Source of the DNA: Mobula hypostoma
Taxonomy: Eukaryota
Direction: 5' to 3'
NCBI RefSeq assembly: GCF_963921235.1
Contig: NC_086108.1
Coordinates: forward strand, 73,782,001 to 73,846,000
Length of the DNA: 64,000 bases
Made by a program: the position numbers and the translations under genes. The notes under the pieces are model-generated. The model was not told the origin of the DNA. It made no database searches and saw nothing but the letters and a program-made list of their open reading frames with translations. Positions 12,483 through 25,789 of this stretch are shown here, one piece after another. Position 1 is the first letter of the stretch, and each line of letters begins with the position of its first letter.

Positions 12483-13399
12483 ACTAAAAAGAGGTTAAAA
12501 TTGTAATACTTTTCCATTAACGTCCTTTATATTTTAAGTTCACAATCATAGCATTACACTATCTCTAAGCCTTTCATGTTTATTTCTAGTACCTTCCCAT
12601 TTTCATTAAGACATTTTTGACACACTCACAGAACAATGACAACATGGTAATCAGCAAATATTAGTGCACTACCCTGCTGGTCATTCTGAGCATTTCAGGA
12701 AAAGCATTTTAACTGCCGTATTATTATTTAACAAAATTTGAAAAACAAAATGAAAAATTCTCAAATTTTATTCACTCATTTAGATAGCATATTTACTGTA
12801 TATCAATTCCATTTAAGCACCCTGTTTAATATTCCTTGATATCATTAATAAAAAAGTATTTATTCCATTTGTAAACCTCAAATAACTCCAAGTCCACTTC
12901 TTTAGGAAATATCAAATTTGAGGCACCTCTAAACCTTTTGTGAAAAATGGTTCTTTATTTGACTCATGATGTGTTTGCTCTAATTTTATGATTTTGTTTT
13001 AGAGATCTTGATTCCTCAAATTCTTAGTTAGAAAGCTTGCAGCAAGAGTTTGAAGTGTAAAAAAAAGCCATTTGGTCCCTGGTATCTGTTCATTACAACG
13101 GTAATTTCACTGCTTTATCTCTTAATGCAATGCTGTAATAAACAGTCTGATTTTATCTTTCCTTAAATTCTCAGTAGCTCAATGTTTACCACATGATCTC
13201 TTACACTAACAGTTTTGCCAGGACTTCAAAAGTGTCAAGCTTTTTGCCTGTCCCTCTGATAGTCAGTTGAGGAATCTCTCTTGAGATCAGTATATCCCAT
13301 GGAAATGGGATATGCTGTGGAGACTAAGAGAGTGATTTAAAAATATCTGGTACTGAGAGCAAAGGAACAATTCCGAACGAGGATGGGGGTGGAACTGGA

Positions 13400-14850
13400 T
13401 GCACGTCAATTCTAGCAGGATTTGCAAGCCATTACTTCCTACAAAGTGAAACCTAACATCATGGATGGCTGTGATGCTTCACTGTGAGTTGAGTTCAACA
13501 CCTTTTATGCACACTTTAAGAGGGAGAATAAAACTACAGCTGCGAGGATCCCTGCAGCTCCCGGTGACCCTGTAATCCTCAGTCTTGGAGGCCGACAACA
13601 GTCTATCTTTCAAGAGGGTGAACCCTCGCAATGAAATACCTGGTAGGCTCTTTAATCCTGTGCCAACCAACTGGCAATGCTTTTCAAAGACAGTGAAGTT
13701 CCCAGCTGTTTCAAAAGGGCAACAATTATACCAGTGCTCGAGAATAGCAGGGTGAGCTGCCTTAACAACTATCGTCCAATAGCCCTCACATCTATAGCGA
13801 TAAGAAGTTGGTTATGGCTAAAATTAACTCCTGCCTCAGCAAGGACCTGGATTGACTGCCATTTGCCCTCTCCCACAATAGGCCTCCAGTGCATTGGCTC
13901 TTCAGGAGGCCTTGGATCACTTGGACAATATAAATACCTACTGTTTATTGTAGGTGCTATTTATTGACTACAGATCAGCATTAAACACAATCATTCTTAC
14001 AGTTCTGATTGAAAAGCTCCAAACCCTGGGCCTCTGTACCTCCCCATGCAACTGGATCCTTGATTTCCGAGCTGGGAGACCACAGCCTGTGCGGATTGGA
14101 AACATCTCCACCTTGCTGACAGCAAACACTAGCGCACCTCAGGGATGTGTGCTTAGCCCACTGCTCGACTCTCTCTACATCCATGACTGTGTGGCTCAAA
14201 TTCCATCTGGAAACTTACTAATGCCACAACTATTGTTGGCAGAATTACAGATGGTGATGAGAGGGCATACTGGAGCAAGATATATCACTAATTGAGTGGT
14301 GTTGCAGCAACAACATTGCACCCAACGTCAGTAAGACAAAAGAAAGGATTGTGGACTTCTGAAAGGATAAGACAAGGAACTACAAAACCAGTCCTCAGAG
14401 GGATCAGGACTGGAAAGAGTAAGCAACTTATCGACCAACATATCAATGTAGCTACAAAGAAGCTATATTTCATTATAGCCAACAAGGGCTATATTTCATT
14501 TGGAGCTTGAGGAGATTTGGTATATCACCAAAGACACTTGCAAGTTTCTATAGATGTACCATGGAGAGCATTCTAATAGGTTCCGTCAATGTCTGGTATT
14601 GGGGGGGAGGGAGAAGGAAGTGGCTACTGCACAAGATCAAAATAAGCTGCAGAGTTGTAAACCTAGTCAGCTCCATCACGGGCACTAGCCTCCATAGTAC
14701 CCAGGACATCTTTAAGGAGCGATGCCTCACACACACACTTACTGTAATCCACATTTTTTTCTCTATTATGTATTGCATTGTACTGTTGCTGCAAAGACAA
14801 CATATTTCACAACATGTGCTGGTGACACTAAACCTGATTCTGATTCTGGT
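13400..14850 (+). mobile_element. Rex1/Babar-type LINE, frameshifted RT region through 3' tail
   Basis: [59 protein letters not shown]; tail ctgattctgattctg. Confidence 0.9.
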
Positions 14851-14981
14851 TTATAATGTTAGTTTTCCCAGATAAGTTGAATTAACCCAAGCTGGTATAT
14901 TTGTTAGCCTTAAATTCTGAATTAACCACTGACTGCCATGTGTGCTCATCTGACATCCACCATGTTCCTGATTTCCACGTT

Positions 14982-15602
14982 TCAGATTATGAAGACACGC
15001 AGTCCTCTTTTATTGTCATTTAGTAATACGTGCATTAAGAAATGATACAATACTTCCTCCAGAGTGATATCACAAAACACAGGACAGACCAAGACTGAAA
15101 AAACTAACAAAACCACATAATTATAACATATAGTTACAACAGTACAACAATACCATAACTTGATGAAGAAGTCCATGAGCACAGTAAAAAGTTCTAAGTC
15201 TCTCAAATGTCCCGCATCTCACGCAGACGGGAGAAGGAAGAAAAACTCTCCCTGCCATGCCCAACCACAGTCCGACTCTGAGTCATCCGAAAACTTCGAG
15301 CCTCCGATCAGCTCTCCGACACCAAGTACTGAGCGCCATCTCTTTCCGAGCGATTTGACCTCAATCTCGGTCGCCAACAGCAGGCAAAGCCGGGGATTTT
15401 GAGGCCTTCCCTCCAGAAGATTCCCAACCGCACAGTAACAACAGCAGCGAACTGGCGTTTCAGAAATTTCTCCAGATGTTCCTCCGTGCTTTCACGTCTG
15501 TCTCCATCAAATCAGAATTGTCCACGGCCCCTATTTAATGGATACGGTATCATTTTTCACCGGAGGGCTGCGCACGTGCGGCGCGCTGCTCTCTCTCCTC
15601 CC
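14982..15602 (-). mobile_element. Unclassified CpG-rich interspersed repeat, probably a LINE 3' UTR or non-autonomous retroposon
   Basis: Abrupt CpG-rich block in CpG-poor DNA. Minus strand ends with aaatgacAATAAAagagg...cataatct. No recognisable ORF. Confidence 0.5.
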
Positions 15603-16024
15603 ACCAAGTTTCACTATGTAGGCTGTTGAATTCTTCTGTAGCAAATAATTGGTTCTTCATGGATCTGTCGGTTAACTGTTAGTATGTTCCAGCCATTTAC
15701 GCCAATACAACACAGCTCGACAATACTGGCTTTAATGACTTTCAGAAAGAAAGAATAACATATTGTGCAATAGTAGCATCCAATCCTGTTAATTAAAAGT
15801 ACTTGCACATTACCAAAGGTGTAAAATTTAATCTATCCTGATGGTAAACAAGCAAATTTAACTGAAGGTGTTTGTATTAAACTCAGAGCCTCTGTTTCAC
15901 AAGCCTGACTACAATTTCATATTTACTCTAATAAATAATTTATAACAAAGTAGAAACATAACAGAAAAGGCAGAAATTAGAATCAATCTAAAACCCCATG
16001 AAGTTCATTTTGAGAGATAAATCG

Positions 16025-16905
16025 AAACACAGAAAGTCTGCAGATGCTGGAAATTCAAAGCAGCAGACACAAAATGCCAGAGGAACTCAGCAGGTCAGGC
16101 AGCACCTTGGCACAACAGAAGGCCATGGACAGAATGGTCTCACCAATCTAGAGGAGGCCTGGCACTTATCCCTGCAAGTGGCCAAAGTGCCACACCTGCC
16201 CATTCATCTCTTCCCTCACCTCTATTCCGGGCCCCAAACAGTCCTTCCAAGTGGGGCAACACTTCACTTGCTAATCTGCTGGTGTCATCTATTGTATCTG
16301 GCGCTCCCGACGCAGCCCCCTCCACATTGGTGAGACCTGTCACAAACTGAGGGACCGCTTCGTTGAGCATCTCTGTTCTGTCTGCCAAAAGTAGAACTTC
16401 CCAGTGGCCAAACATTTTAATTCTGATTCCCTTTGCCATTCCAACACATCAGTTCACGGCCCCCTCAAGCCAAGATGAGGCCACCCTCAGGGTGGAGGGG
16501 TAACACCTTTTATTCCATCTGGGTAGCCTCCGACTTGATGGCATGAATATCAATTTCTCCTTCCAGTCGAAAAAATATCGCCCCCTCTCTGCTTCTTCTA
16601 TTCCTCACTCTGTTCTTTTACCTCTTCTCCCTGGGTACCTTCCTCCTTTTCTTTCTTCATTATTCCACTCTTCTCTCCTATCAGATTCCTTCCTCTCCAG
16701 CCCTTTACCTTTCCTATTCACCTGGATTCACCTATCACCTTCTAGCTATCCTCCTTCCTCTTCAACCAAATTTTTTTTACTCTGTGTCCTTCCCCTTCCT
16801 TTCCAGTCATGAAGTAAGGTCTCAGCCTGAAATGTTGACTGTTTATTCATTTCCCTAGATGCTGCCTGACCTGCTGAGTTTCTCTAGCATTTTGTAAGTG
16901 TTGTT
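16025..16905 (+). mobile_element. Penelope-like element fragment bounded by inverted terminal segments
   Basis: 16025-16105 is an inverted copy of the terminus. About 16160-16560 is a degenerate GIY-YIG region (plus strand). Hammerhead remnant at about 16804-16841, then the terminal repeat to about 16905. Confidence 0.82.
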
Positions 16906-19249
16906 AAGAGATCAGTATTCAGTATCAAGATTTGTTCATGTTCTTGATAAATGGTGCCAGCATATTTTTTCAATATGAATGGTCACTACAGTGAAAGAAA
17001 TAGTTAAGTACAGTGATCTTCTCAGCTAGCTTAGACGATTAAATTTAGTCGAAGCTGTGCTCATCCTTGGTAGCTCTAACTGTATGACCTTTATAGTTCG
17101 GCATGAAGAATGTGAAAATGTTTCATCATGCAGCACTGACACCTTCCAGCTGATTAAGCACAAAATTTTAACATCAAATAGCTTTAAATTTTTTTATCAC
17201 CATTGCAATTTCACTTTAGCTACTAGGCTTATTTATTCTTCATTTTCCAATTTAAGTAATGAGCACTGGTAGAAGCTACAGCATATACAATAACTAGACA
17301 TTAAGAATTAAATGCCATAGTTCTAAAAAAAAGTGCTCGTCTTAAAGGGTCCTGCTTCGTATTCAATTTTGAACCTACACTCACGCATTACCATCAAATG
17401 ATAGATCAGTTCTACAAAAGAAAGGGCAAATTACAGCTCTATTCTTCTTGTAATGCACAATGGATAATCAGCTCATTGGCAGAATTCCCAAAACAGGTGT
17501 TCCAAATCAAAGTGGATAATTGCAAAATGACCAAATCAGAATCATCACCACTACTTTTACTTGCAAAAACTTTAAACCAAAAGAAGCAACGCCAACATTT
17601 TTGTACCTGTGGAGTTGATGTTTAATTTCAAGATTTCCCTGCTTTTCTTTTCTTAAAAATTAACCCCTTGAACCAAGATTTTACGTAATAGGTCAAATAA
17701 TTATACAATATACTTAAAATATTTGCCATTTGAAATCATTGTATAAACAGCAGTTACAATTTCTGTTAAAGAAAATTTGAGAGGAAGTGTTTTGTTACAG
17801 CATAAGTAACTAAATTATGCTAAATGTAAGTCCTTTACAATGATTCATGGAATGACATAAATGCAAACAGTTTTAATTACAGTAACACTCTTGCACTTGA
17901 ACTTACACAAAGGGAATGGGGTCAAGTAGCATCTTGCAACACACTACTGCAGATCCTGATTCATTGTTCAAGAAAAGTGACAGGTAACAGGAGGGAAAGA
18001 AAGTCTGCCCTTCTACTGTAGGTTTTAAAGCAGGCAGGTGGAAGGGAATAAAAATGGCAGCAAAACAGATTTAAAATGTGCTTTATTTGTTATATATCAT
18101 TTCTAAGTTGGTTAATTGAGTGTCATGAGAGTAGTTTTATATTCATATGTCCTCCAAACCCAACAGGATAGCACACTGATGGATGAACCATGAATTTCAG
18201 CTCAACTCCCACAATTGACCACAAAAATTCAGGCCAACACTTCACTGCAGTAAGAAGGCAGTGCTCCACTAGCAATCTTGCCATATCTCTGATGGAATAT
18301 TAACTCACAGCTTGGTCTGTTCTCTGGTTGATATAAATAGTCCACAGTACAATTTTGAAGACCAGCAGAGAAACTGTGGTCAATGTTTATCTCTCAAACA
18401 ATATCACCAAGACAAGTTAATTTGTCATTTATTATAATATTCTGCTCTCCTATTTCATATAGTATAACAGCAGATGCCAGCACTCTACAGCAATGCTCGG
18501 TTACACTTCAGCTTCGAAGAGAAATAGTAGAACAGATATTTACTGAGCATGTCAAACTACATCTTTAATTTCAGGTCAAGGCCATCCATGTGTTAAAGCA
18601 AAGGCTCACAGCATAAGAAAGGCAAATGTGGCATCTGCCAATCACTTTGCAGTGAAGAGGCTCATTTTATAGTTAGATTAATACAAATATGAATTTACAT
18701 TAATATTAATTAGAAAGGAAGGCTTGCTTTCTTAACATAATTTAAATTTAATTTCATTTATTTTTTATAGTGGGATTCATTTATCCTGTTGCTTGTATAA
18801 TAGCTAAAATAAGATATTGGTTTTGTTCTTCATCTTTCAAAGAATAAATTCCATATCTATTGTTATACATGGTATCTTGCAGTATAGTATAAAATTAACT
18901 AGGTAAGACCTAAATAATTCGTTACCTCGCTAGCGCTCAAGAAATTATCATCCTGAGAGGACTGATTTTTATATTGGTTTTGCATTTCCTCTCATCAAGT
19001 TTATGGAGATTTCTGAGTGGTACTAAATGCAAAAATAAAAATCTGAAAAAATCTACAGCTGTAACATCTATTTAGGATTATAATTTTCTTTCTCATTCTT
19101 GCTCTAAATGCTTAAAAGAGGATATCTTAAACTTGAATTTTAAGTTTAATCTTAGGACTCATTGCTTCAAAATCTTTGGATGCAGCAATTTTACAATGAG
19201 ATTTACAATAACAGTGAAACACTGATTGGTTACATTCAGGATGAATAAC

Positions 19250-20195
19250 TTAGAACTGTGCGGCACAAGAACAAGCCATTTGGACATGATGTTGTGCTGA
19301 ACTAATTAAACTAATAATTAAATACCTAACTAAACTAATCCTTACTGCTGACACAAAGTACATATCCCTCCAATCTCAGCACAACCATGTGCCTACCTCA
19401 GAGCCTCTTAAATTCATCCTTCATATTTATCTCCACTACAATCCCTGGCAGCAAATCTCAAGCACCTGCCACTCTCTGTGTAAAAAAAACTTGACTTGCA
19501 CATTTCCTTTGAACTCGCCCCCTCTCACCTGCAATGCATGCCCTCTAGTCGTCAACATTTTGATCTGGGGCAAAGGTTACTGGCTCTCTACTCCACCTAT
19601 TCCTATCATGATCTTATAAGCCTCAAAAAGATCTTTGCACGGTGTCTTTCTTTGGATAAAGCAACCCAAGTTTATCCAACCTCCCCTTACAGCACACGAC
19701 TTCTAATCCATGTAAACATCTTCTCCACCCACCCTTTCCAAAGCCATTACGTCCTTGTTATTAAGGGGTGACCAGCATTCAATGGAATACTCCAGATACA
19801 GCCTAATCCAGCCTTCTATAAAGCTGAAACACGACCTCCTGAACTCAGTGCCTTGACTAATTAAGGCAAGCATGGCATATGCCTTCTTCATCTTTCTATT
19901 AACCTGTGCAGCCACTTTCAGGGAGCTATGGATTTGGATCCTAAGATCCTTTTGTACACCAACATTATTGAAGGCCCAGCTATTAACAGTGTACTTTCCC
20001 TTGACACTCCCAAAATGCAACACTTCACACTTGGCTAGATGAACTCCAACTGCCATTGCTTCGTCTATAATCTGCAACTGATCGATATCTTGCTGCATCC
20101 TTTGGCCATCTTCTCCACTGTCCACAATGCAATCAATCATTGTGTCTTTTGCAGACTTACTAACCCATCCATCCACATTTTCATTCAAATCATTT
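19250..20195 (-). mobile_element. CR1 LINE, degenerate RT C-terminus and 3' UTR
   Basis: NDLNENVDGWVSKSAKDT, KCEVLHFG, KKAYAMLALISQG. Confidence 0.88.
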
Positions 20196-20677
20196 AAAGG
20201 AAAGGACTTAACTGTATCCAGCCTCATAGTTAAGCGATACATCGCTGCAGCACACTCATCTATCAACCTGAAAATGATAAAGTACCAACTGCAACATCTG
20301 GATAAAATACTATAGGATACAGATGCACTAAGCTACGATATGTTTAGTAAATTTAGGTCAAAATCTGCTTCATTTGCCTTTCGTACTCAAATGGCCTGAG
20401 AGACTAATGATGGCCCTTCGATATAATTCTTATCCACCATTGGTGAAGGAACAGAAACATACATCCAAGTCAGGAAGATATGCTTACAGATATACTACTT
20501 TTCCTTTGAGGTGTAGGAGATTACAGATTTGGGAAATGCTCCTGATGAAGCCTTAAGCTGTAGATAAGACATACAGCAGTCATCAATTGTTGGTGGTGAT
20601 GAGAAATTATGTTTAGACTTGCTCTGTAAATGCTACAAGTACAAGTACAAATAATTTTTTAAACCATTGCTCCTTAC

Positions 20678-20769
20678 CTGTGTGCCCTGGCAGTGGTGAA
20701 TGTGGACGTGGTAGTGTTGGTGAAGTGCTCGAAGTCACAATTAGGCTCTTCCGGTTATTTGTACGGCAA
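20678..20769 (-). CDS. MAST2: MAST-family kinase internal exon, 92 nt: [30 protein letters not shown]
   Basis: Acceptor gtgtttcag| and donor |gtaagg on the minus strand. The translation is nearly identical to the remembered MAST2 segment [30 protein letters not shown]. Phases 2/1 fit both neighbouring exons. Confidence 0.95.
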
Positions 20770-21539
20770 CTGAAACACAATAAAGCAAATGTTCACAAAC
20801 AAACACGTTTTCCTGTGTTTTTTTCCCCCAGTCCTATCATTTGAATGTAGTACATCCCAACATTTTTCTATATTCATCTACAGTTCAATATAAATACTAT
20901 TTAGTCTACTGTGTCTGCAAGTCATCATATGTCCAAAGTTGGCTTCAAGAACTAAACAGCCATTAATGTTGACAGCCATTAAACAACTGCTAAGCAACTG
21001 TCCAACTTTATACACAACAGACCCTGCTTATACAGTGCCCCTAATGTAGCAAAATCTCCTTACGCGCTTTGCAGGAGTCTTACAAAATTCAAAACAACGC
21101 CACATGAGGAGATATTAAAGCATATGTCAGACAAAAATTGGTTTTAGGAGCTTCTCAAAGGTGGAAACGGTGTTGGTGAAACAGAGGAGAAATTAACGCA
21201 CATGCTTTCAACTATAACATAACAATTTTCTCCCTTCTTCCTTTCCATGTCTAATGATTTCACCTGCAAACAGGACAAAGTGGTTACTGATGCACAGACC
21301 TCTGCCAAACTGCTGTTCATCCAGCTATGCGCCAGACAGAAATAACACGTGTGTCAATTACTCTTTCAATTGCTCAGCTTTGTAAAATAGCAGTGGGTCT
21401 ACTATATACTCACTGACTTACCCTACTGCATGACCAAATTTGGTTATCATATTGGGCTGGATTATTGTTTAAGATTGTTTACTGTCATTTCCCATACAGT
21501 TGTTACTCTGGATCTGATGCAGCACAAAAATACACAAAG

Positions 21540-23855
21540 TATAGAAACATAGAAAACTTGCAGCACAATACAGGCCCTTCAGCCCACAAAGTTGTGCCAA
21601 ACATGGCCCTAACTTAGAAATTACTAGGGTTACCCATAGCCCTCTATTTTTCTAAGCTCCATGTACCTATACAAAGGTCTCTTAAAAGACCTTATCGTAT
21701 CCGCCTCCACCATCGTTGCTGGCAGCCCATTCCACTCTTTGCGTAAAAAACTTACCCCTGACATCTCCTCTGTCACTACTCCCTAGCACCTTAAGCCTTA
21801 AACCTGTGCCATCATATTTGACCAACCAAAATGAACCACTTCACACTTAACTGGGTTGAACTCCATCTGCCACTTCTCAGCCCAGTTTTGCAACGTCCCG
21901 CTGTAACCTCTGACAGCCCTCCACACCATCCACAACACACCCAATCTTTGTGTCATCAGAAAACTTACTAACCCATCCCTCTACTTCCTCATCCAGGTCA
22001 TTTATAAAAATCATGAAGGGTAAGGGTCCCAGAACAGATCCCTGAGACACACCACTGGTCACCGACCTCCATGCAGAATATGACCCGTCTGCAACCACTT
22101 TTTGCCCTCTGTGGGCAAGCCAGCTCTGGATCCACAATGCAATGTCCCATTGGATCGCATGCCTTCTTACTTTATCAATAAGCTTTGCATGGGGTACCTT
22201 ATCAAATGCCTTGCTGAAATCCATATTCGCGACATCTACTGCTCTTCCTTCATCAATGTGTTTAGTCACATCCTCAAAAAATTCAATTAGGCTCATGAGG
22301 CACAGCCTGCCCTTGACAAAGACATGCTGACTATTCCTACTCATATTATACCTCTCCAAATGTTCATAAATCCTGCATCTCAGGATCTTCTCCATCAACT
22401 TACTAACCACTGAAGTAAGATTCACTGGCCTATAATGTCCTGGGTTATCTCTACTCCCTTTCTTAAATAAGGGAACATCCGCAACCCTCCAATCCTCTGG
22501 AACCTCTCCTGACCCCATTGATGATCCAAGAGTCATAGCCTGGAGTACATCTCATCCGGTCCTGGCGACTTATCCAACTTGATGCTTTCCAAAAGCTTCA
22601 GCACATCCTCTTTCTTAATATCTACATGCTCAAGTTTTTCAGTCCACTGCAAGTCATCACTACAATCACTAAGATCCTTTTCCATAGTGAATACTGAAGT
22701 AAAGTATTCATTAAGTACCTTTGCCATTCCTCCAGTTCCATACACACTTTCCCACTGTCACACTTGACAGGTCCTATTCTTTCACGTCTATCTTGCTCTT
22801 CACATACTTGTAGAATGCCTTGGGGTTTTCCTTAATCCTGCCCACCAAGGCCTTCTCATGGCCCCTTCTGGCTCTCCTAATTTCCTTTTTAAGCTCCTTC
22901 TTGTTAGCCTTATAATCTTCTAGATCTCTAACATTACCTAGCTCTCTGAACCTTTCATAAGCTTTTCTTTTCTTCTTGACTAGATTTACTACAGCCTTTG
23001 TACACCACAGTTCCTGTACCCTACCATAACTTCCCTGTCTCATTAGAACGTACCTATGCAGAACTCCACACAAATATACCCTGAATATTTGCCACATTTC
23101 TTCCGTACCTTTCCCTGAGAACATCTGTTCCCAATTTAAGTTTCCAAGTTCCTGCCTGATAGCCTCATCATTCCCCTTACTCCAATTAAGCGCTTTTCTA
23201 ACTTGTCTGTTCCTATCTCTCTCCAATGCTATTGTAATGGAGATAGAATTATGATCACTATCTCCAAAATGCTCTCCCACTGAGAGATCTGACACCTGAC
23301 CACGTTCACTTCCCAATACCAAATCAAGTACAGTCTCTCCTCTTTAGGGTTATCTACATATCATGTCAAGAAACCTTCCTGAACATACCTAACAAACTCC
23401 ACCCCATCTAAACCCCTTGCTCTAGGAAGATGCCAATCGATATTTGGGAAATTAAAATCTCTCACCACAACAACTGTTGTTATTATTACACCTTTCCAGG
23501 ATCTGTTTCCCTATCTGCTCCTCGATATCCCTGTTACTATTGGGTGGCTTATAAAAATCACCCAGTAGAGTTATTGACCCCTTCCTGTTCCTAACCTCCA
23601 CCCACAGAGACTCCATAGACAATCCCTCCATGACATCCACTTTTTCTGCAGCCGTGACACTATCTCTGATGAACAGTGCCACGCCCCATCTCTTTTGCCT
23701 CCCTCCCTGTCCTTTCTGAAACATCTAAAACCCAGCACTCAAAGTAACCATTCCTGTCCCTGAGCTATCCAAGCCTCTGTAATGGCCACCACATCATAGC
23801 TTCAAGTACTGATCCACGCTCTAAGCTCATCCGCTTTGTTCACAATACTCCTTAC
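21540..23855 (-). mobile_element. CR1 LINE ORF2 (endonuclease plus RT), relatively young, frameshifted and internally deleted
   Basis: GVALFIRD...LWVEVRN, EHFGDSDHNSI (APE endonuclease), VPEDWRVA, YRPVNLTSVV, DFSKAFDKVPH, GVSQGSVLGP, SKFSDDTKI. Junction to the 3' UTR at about 21810. Confidence 0.95.
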
Positions 23856-24244
23856 TCAGAATATAAAATAATAATAATTTTAAAAACAAAAATATGAATA
23901 CATAACGTAGCTTAGATTGATGTATGTACATAAAGTGATACTCGGCACAGGAGTGTCTGTGCATAAGGTTGACTGACAGGAAATATGAATGTAGTGTTGG
24001 TTGGGGGCAAGGAGGGGTGGGTTAGTAGGTAGAGGTGTTGATCAGCTTTACTGCTTGGGGAAAGCAACTGTTTTTGAGACTGGTGGTCCTGCCCTGGTTA
24101 CTACATAGCCTCCTCCCTAATGGGAGTAGGACAAACAGTCCATGAGCAGGGTGAGTGGTATTATCATGATGTTGCTTGCCAGCTGCAGTGCAATTTCCAC
24201 ACCAAACAGTGATGCAGCTTGCTAGGATGCTCTCTACTGCGTAT

Positions 24245-24950
24245 CCAGATGGCACCTGCGTACAACGCTCTCACGGTTGGCATCTTCTGGATAGACCATG
24301 AAACCACATATTTCACTTTTATATCTTTTACATTTGCTCTTTGTCTTGAATGTGATTCTGGAACTGTTGGAACCTGTGATTTGCAGCTTGGAGATTGTTA
24401 GGGTGTTTCAGTGCTATGAACTCTCTGAGGATTCCAGGAGACAAGCATTATGCGTGAATCTCATGGCGAGAAGGCTGCAGAATGGGGAGCAAGCCAATGT
24501 TCAACTCCATTTCGCCAATTAAAGCTTCCATTGTTCGCCAATTAAAGCAATGAGGGAGATCGAAACATTGAGGCGAAAGCGAAAGGTGAGCGCCAGCTAC
24601 CCGCCTTTTCATCGCTGGTGGGATCGATCTGCTGCTGTGCCCGGAGAATGTTACTCGGGTTCTCTGCGTTTCAGATATGGACTTGGGCTATGGCCTTTTT
24701 TTAATCCCCCAGTCATATAAATTTTTTTTATATTCTGTATTTTTCACCTGATCTTTCTCCAGGTTTTTGTGTGCGGGGAAGGAGAATTTGGGAATCGATG
24801 TTCCTGTTCCGTTTTTGTTCGTTTTTTTGTGTGGGGACGGGTGATCTGGGGGTTGATGATCATGCGGCCATTCTTTTCTTTCTTGGTTTCATGGCTATCT
24901 GGAGAAGAATTTCAGAACTGTATACTTTAATAATAACAGAACCTTTGATC
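24245..24950 (+). mobile_element. Unclassified, probably non-autonomous retroposon
   Basis: Interrupts the Rex1 copy, starts ccAGATGGCAcc and ends with an AATAA...cctttga LINE-like tail. No ORF. Confidence 0.4.
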
Positions 24951-24953
24951 TGT

Positions 24954-25385
24954 CTAGAGCCCATTCTCACGTACAGATGCGAGACGTGGACACTCACCAA
25001 GACGATGCGAAAGTCTCTAGATCGTTGCTATACATGACTGCTCCGAATGGCTCTTGATGTGAGTTGGCAACAGCACATGACGAACGTTGAGCTCTATAAC
25101 AACCTACCGATGCTCTCCACTAAAATCAAGGCGAGAAGACTGCAACTAGCGGGGCACTGTCTACGCCACCCTGAGCTACCTGCCAGCCTAGTCATCATAT
25201 GGGAGCCCAAGCACGGGAGGATGAACCCTGGGCGCCCTCCCAAGACTATGGTCAACACACTCCTTGAAGACAGCAGTGCAGCTAATGTAGACGAACTGAA
25301 CACACTGATGAGGGAGAGGGAGAAGTGGAGAGTCCATCATCGTGCCCGACGCCGGCCCCCTAGGCCTGAGTCGACGTAGTAGTAG
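24954..25385 (+). mobile_element. 5'-truncated young RTE-clade LINE with (TAG)n tail
   Basis: 10-bp TSD TTTGATCTGT at 24944-24953 and 25386-25395. Encodes EPILTYRCETWTLTK...RRLQLAGHCLRH...WEPKHGRMNPGRP with one premature stop. Stop codon runs directly into the TAG repeats. Confidence 0.9.
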
Positions 25386-25789
25386 TTTGATCTGTAGAAT
25401 AACACGAGTATAGATGCGCATAGACCAGCTGCCTCCTCAGAAAGTACAGACATTGGTGAGCTTTCCTGACTGTGTAAGATATGTTTTGGGACAATGAGAG
25501 GTTGTGTGAGATGTGCACTCCCAGGAGTTTGAAACTGCTTGCAGTTTCCATTGCTATGCCACAGTGTAAAGGGGGAGGGGGGCGTGAGTGGTATGAGTTC
25601 TCCTGAAGTCATTAACCATCTCCTTTGTTGAAATTCAGGAAGAGGTTATTTGCCTGCCACCAGGCCTCAGCTCTTCCACCTCCTCTTTTTAGGCTGTCTC
25701 ATCGTTGTTGGTGCTGAGCCCCACCACTGTCATGTCATCGGCAAATCTGACAATGTAATTACTCGGGTGCTTGGCCGTGCAGTTATGTG

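Noticed and set aside
21260..21325. Possible extra ATG exon or splice site about 500 bp upstream of the 92-nt exon
   Set aside because: Weak donor, phase 0 is incompatible with the downstream exon, and the peptide is not recognisable.
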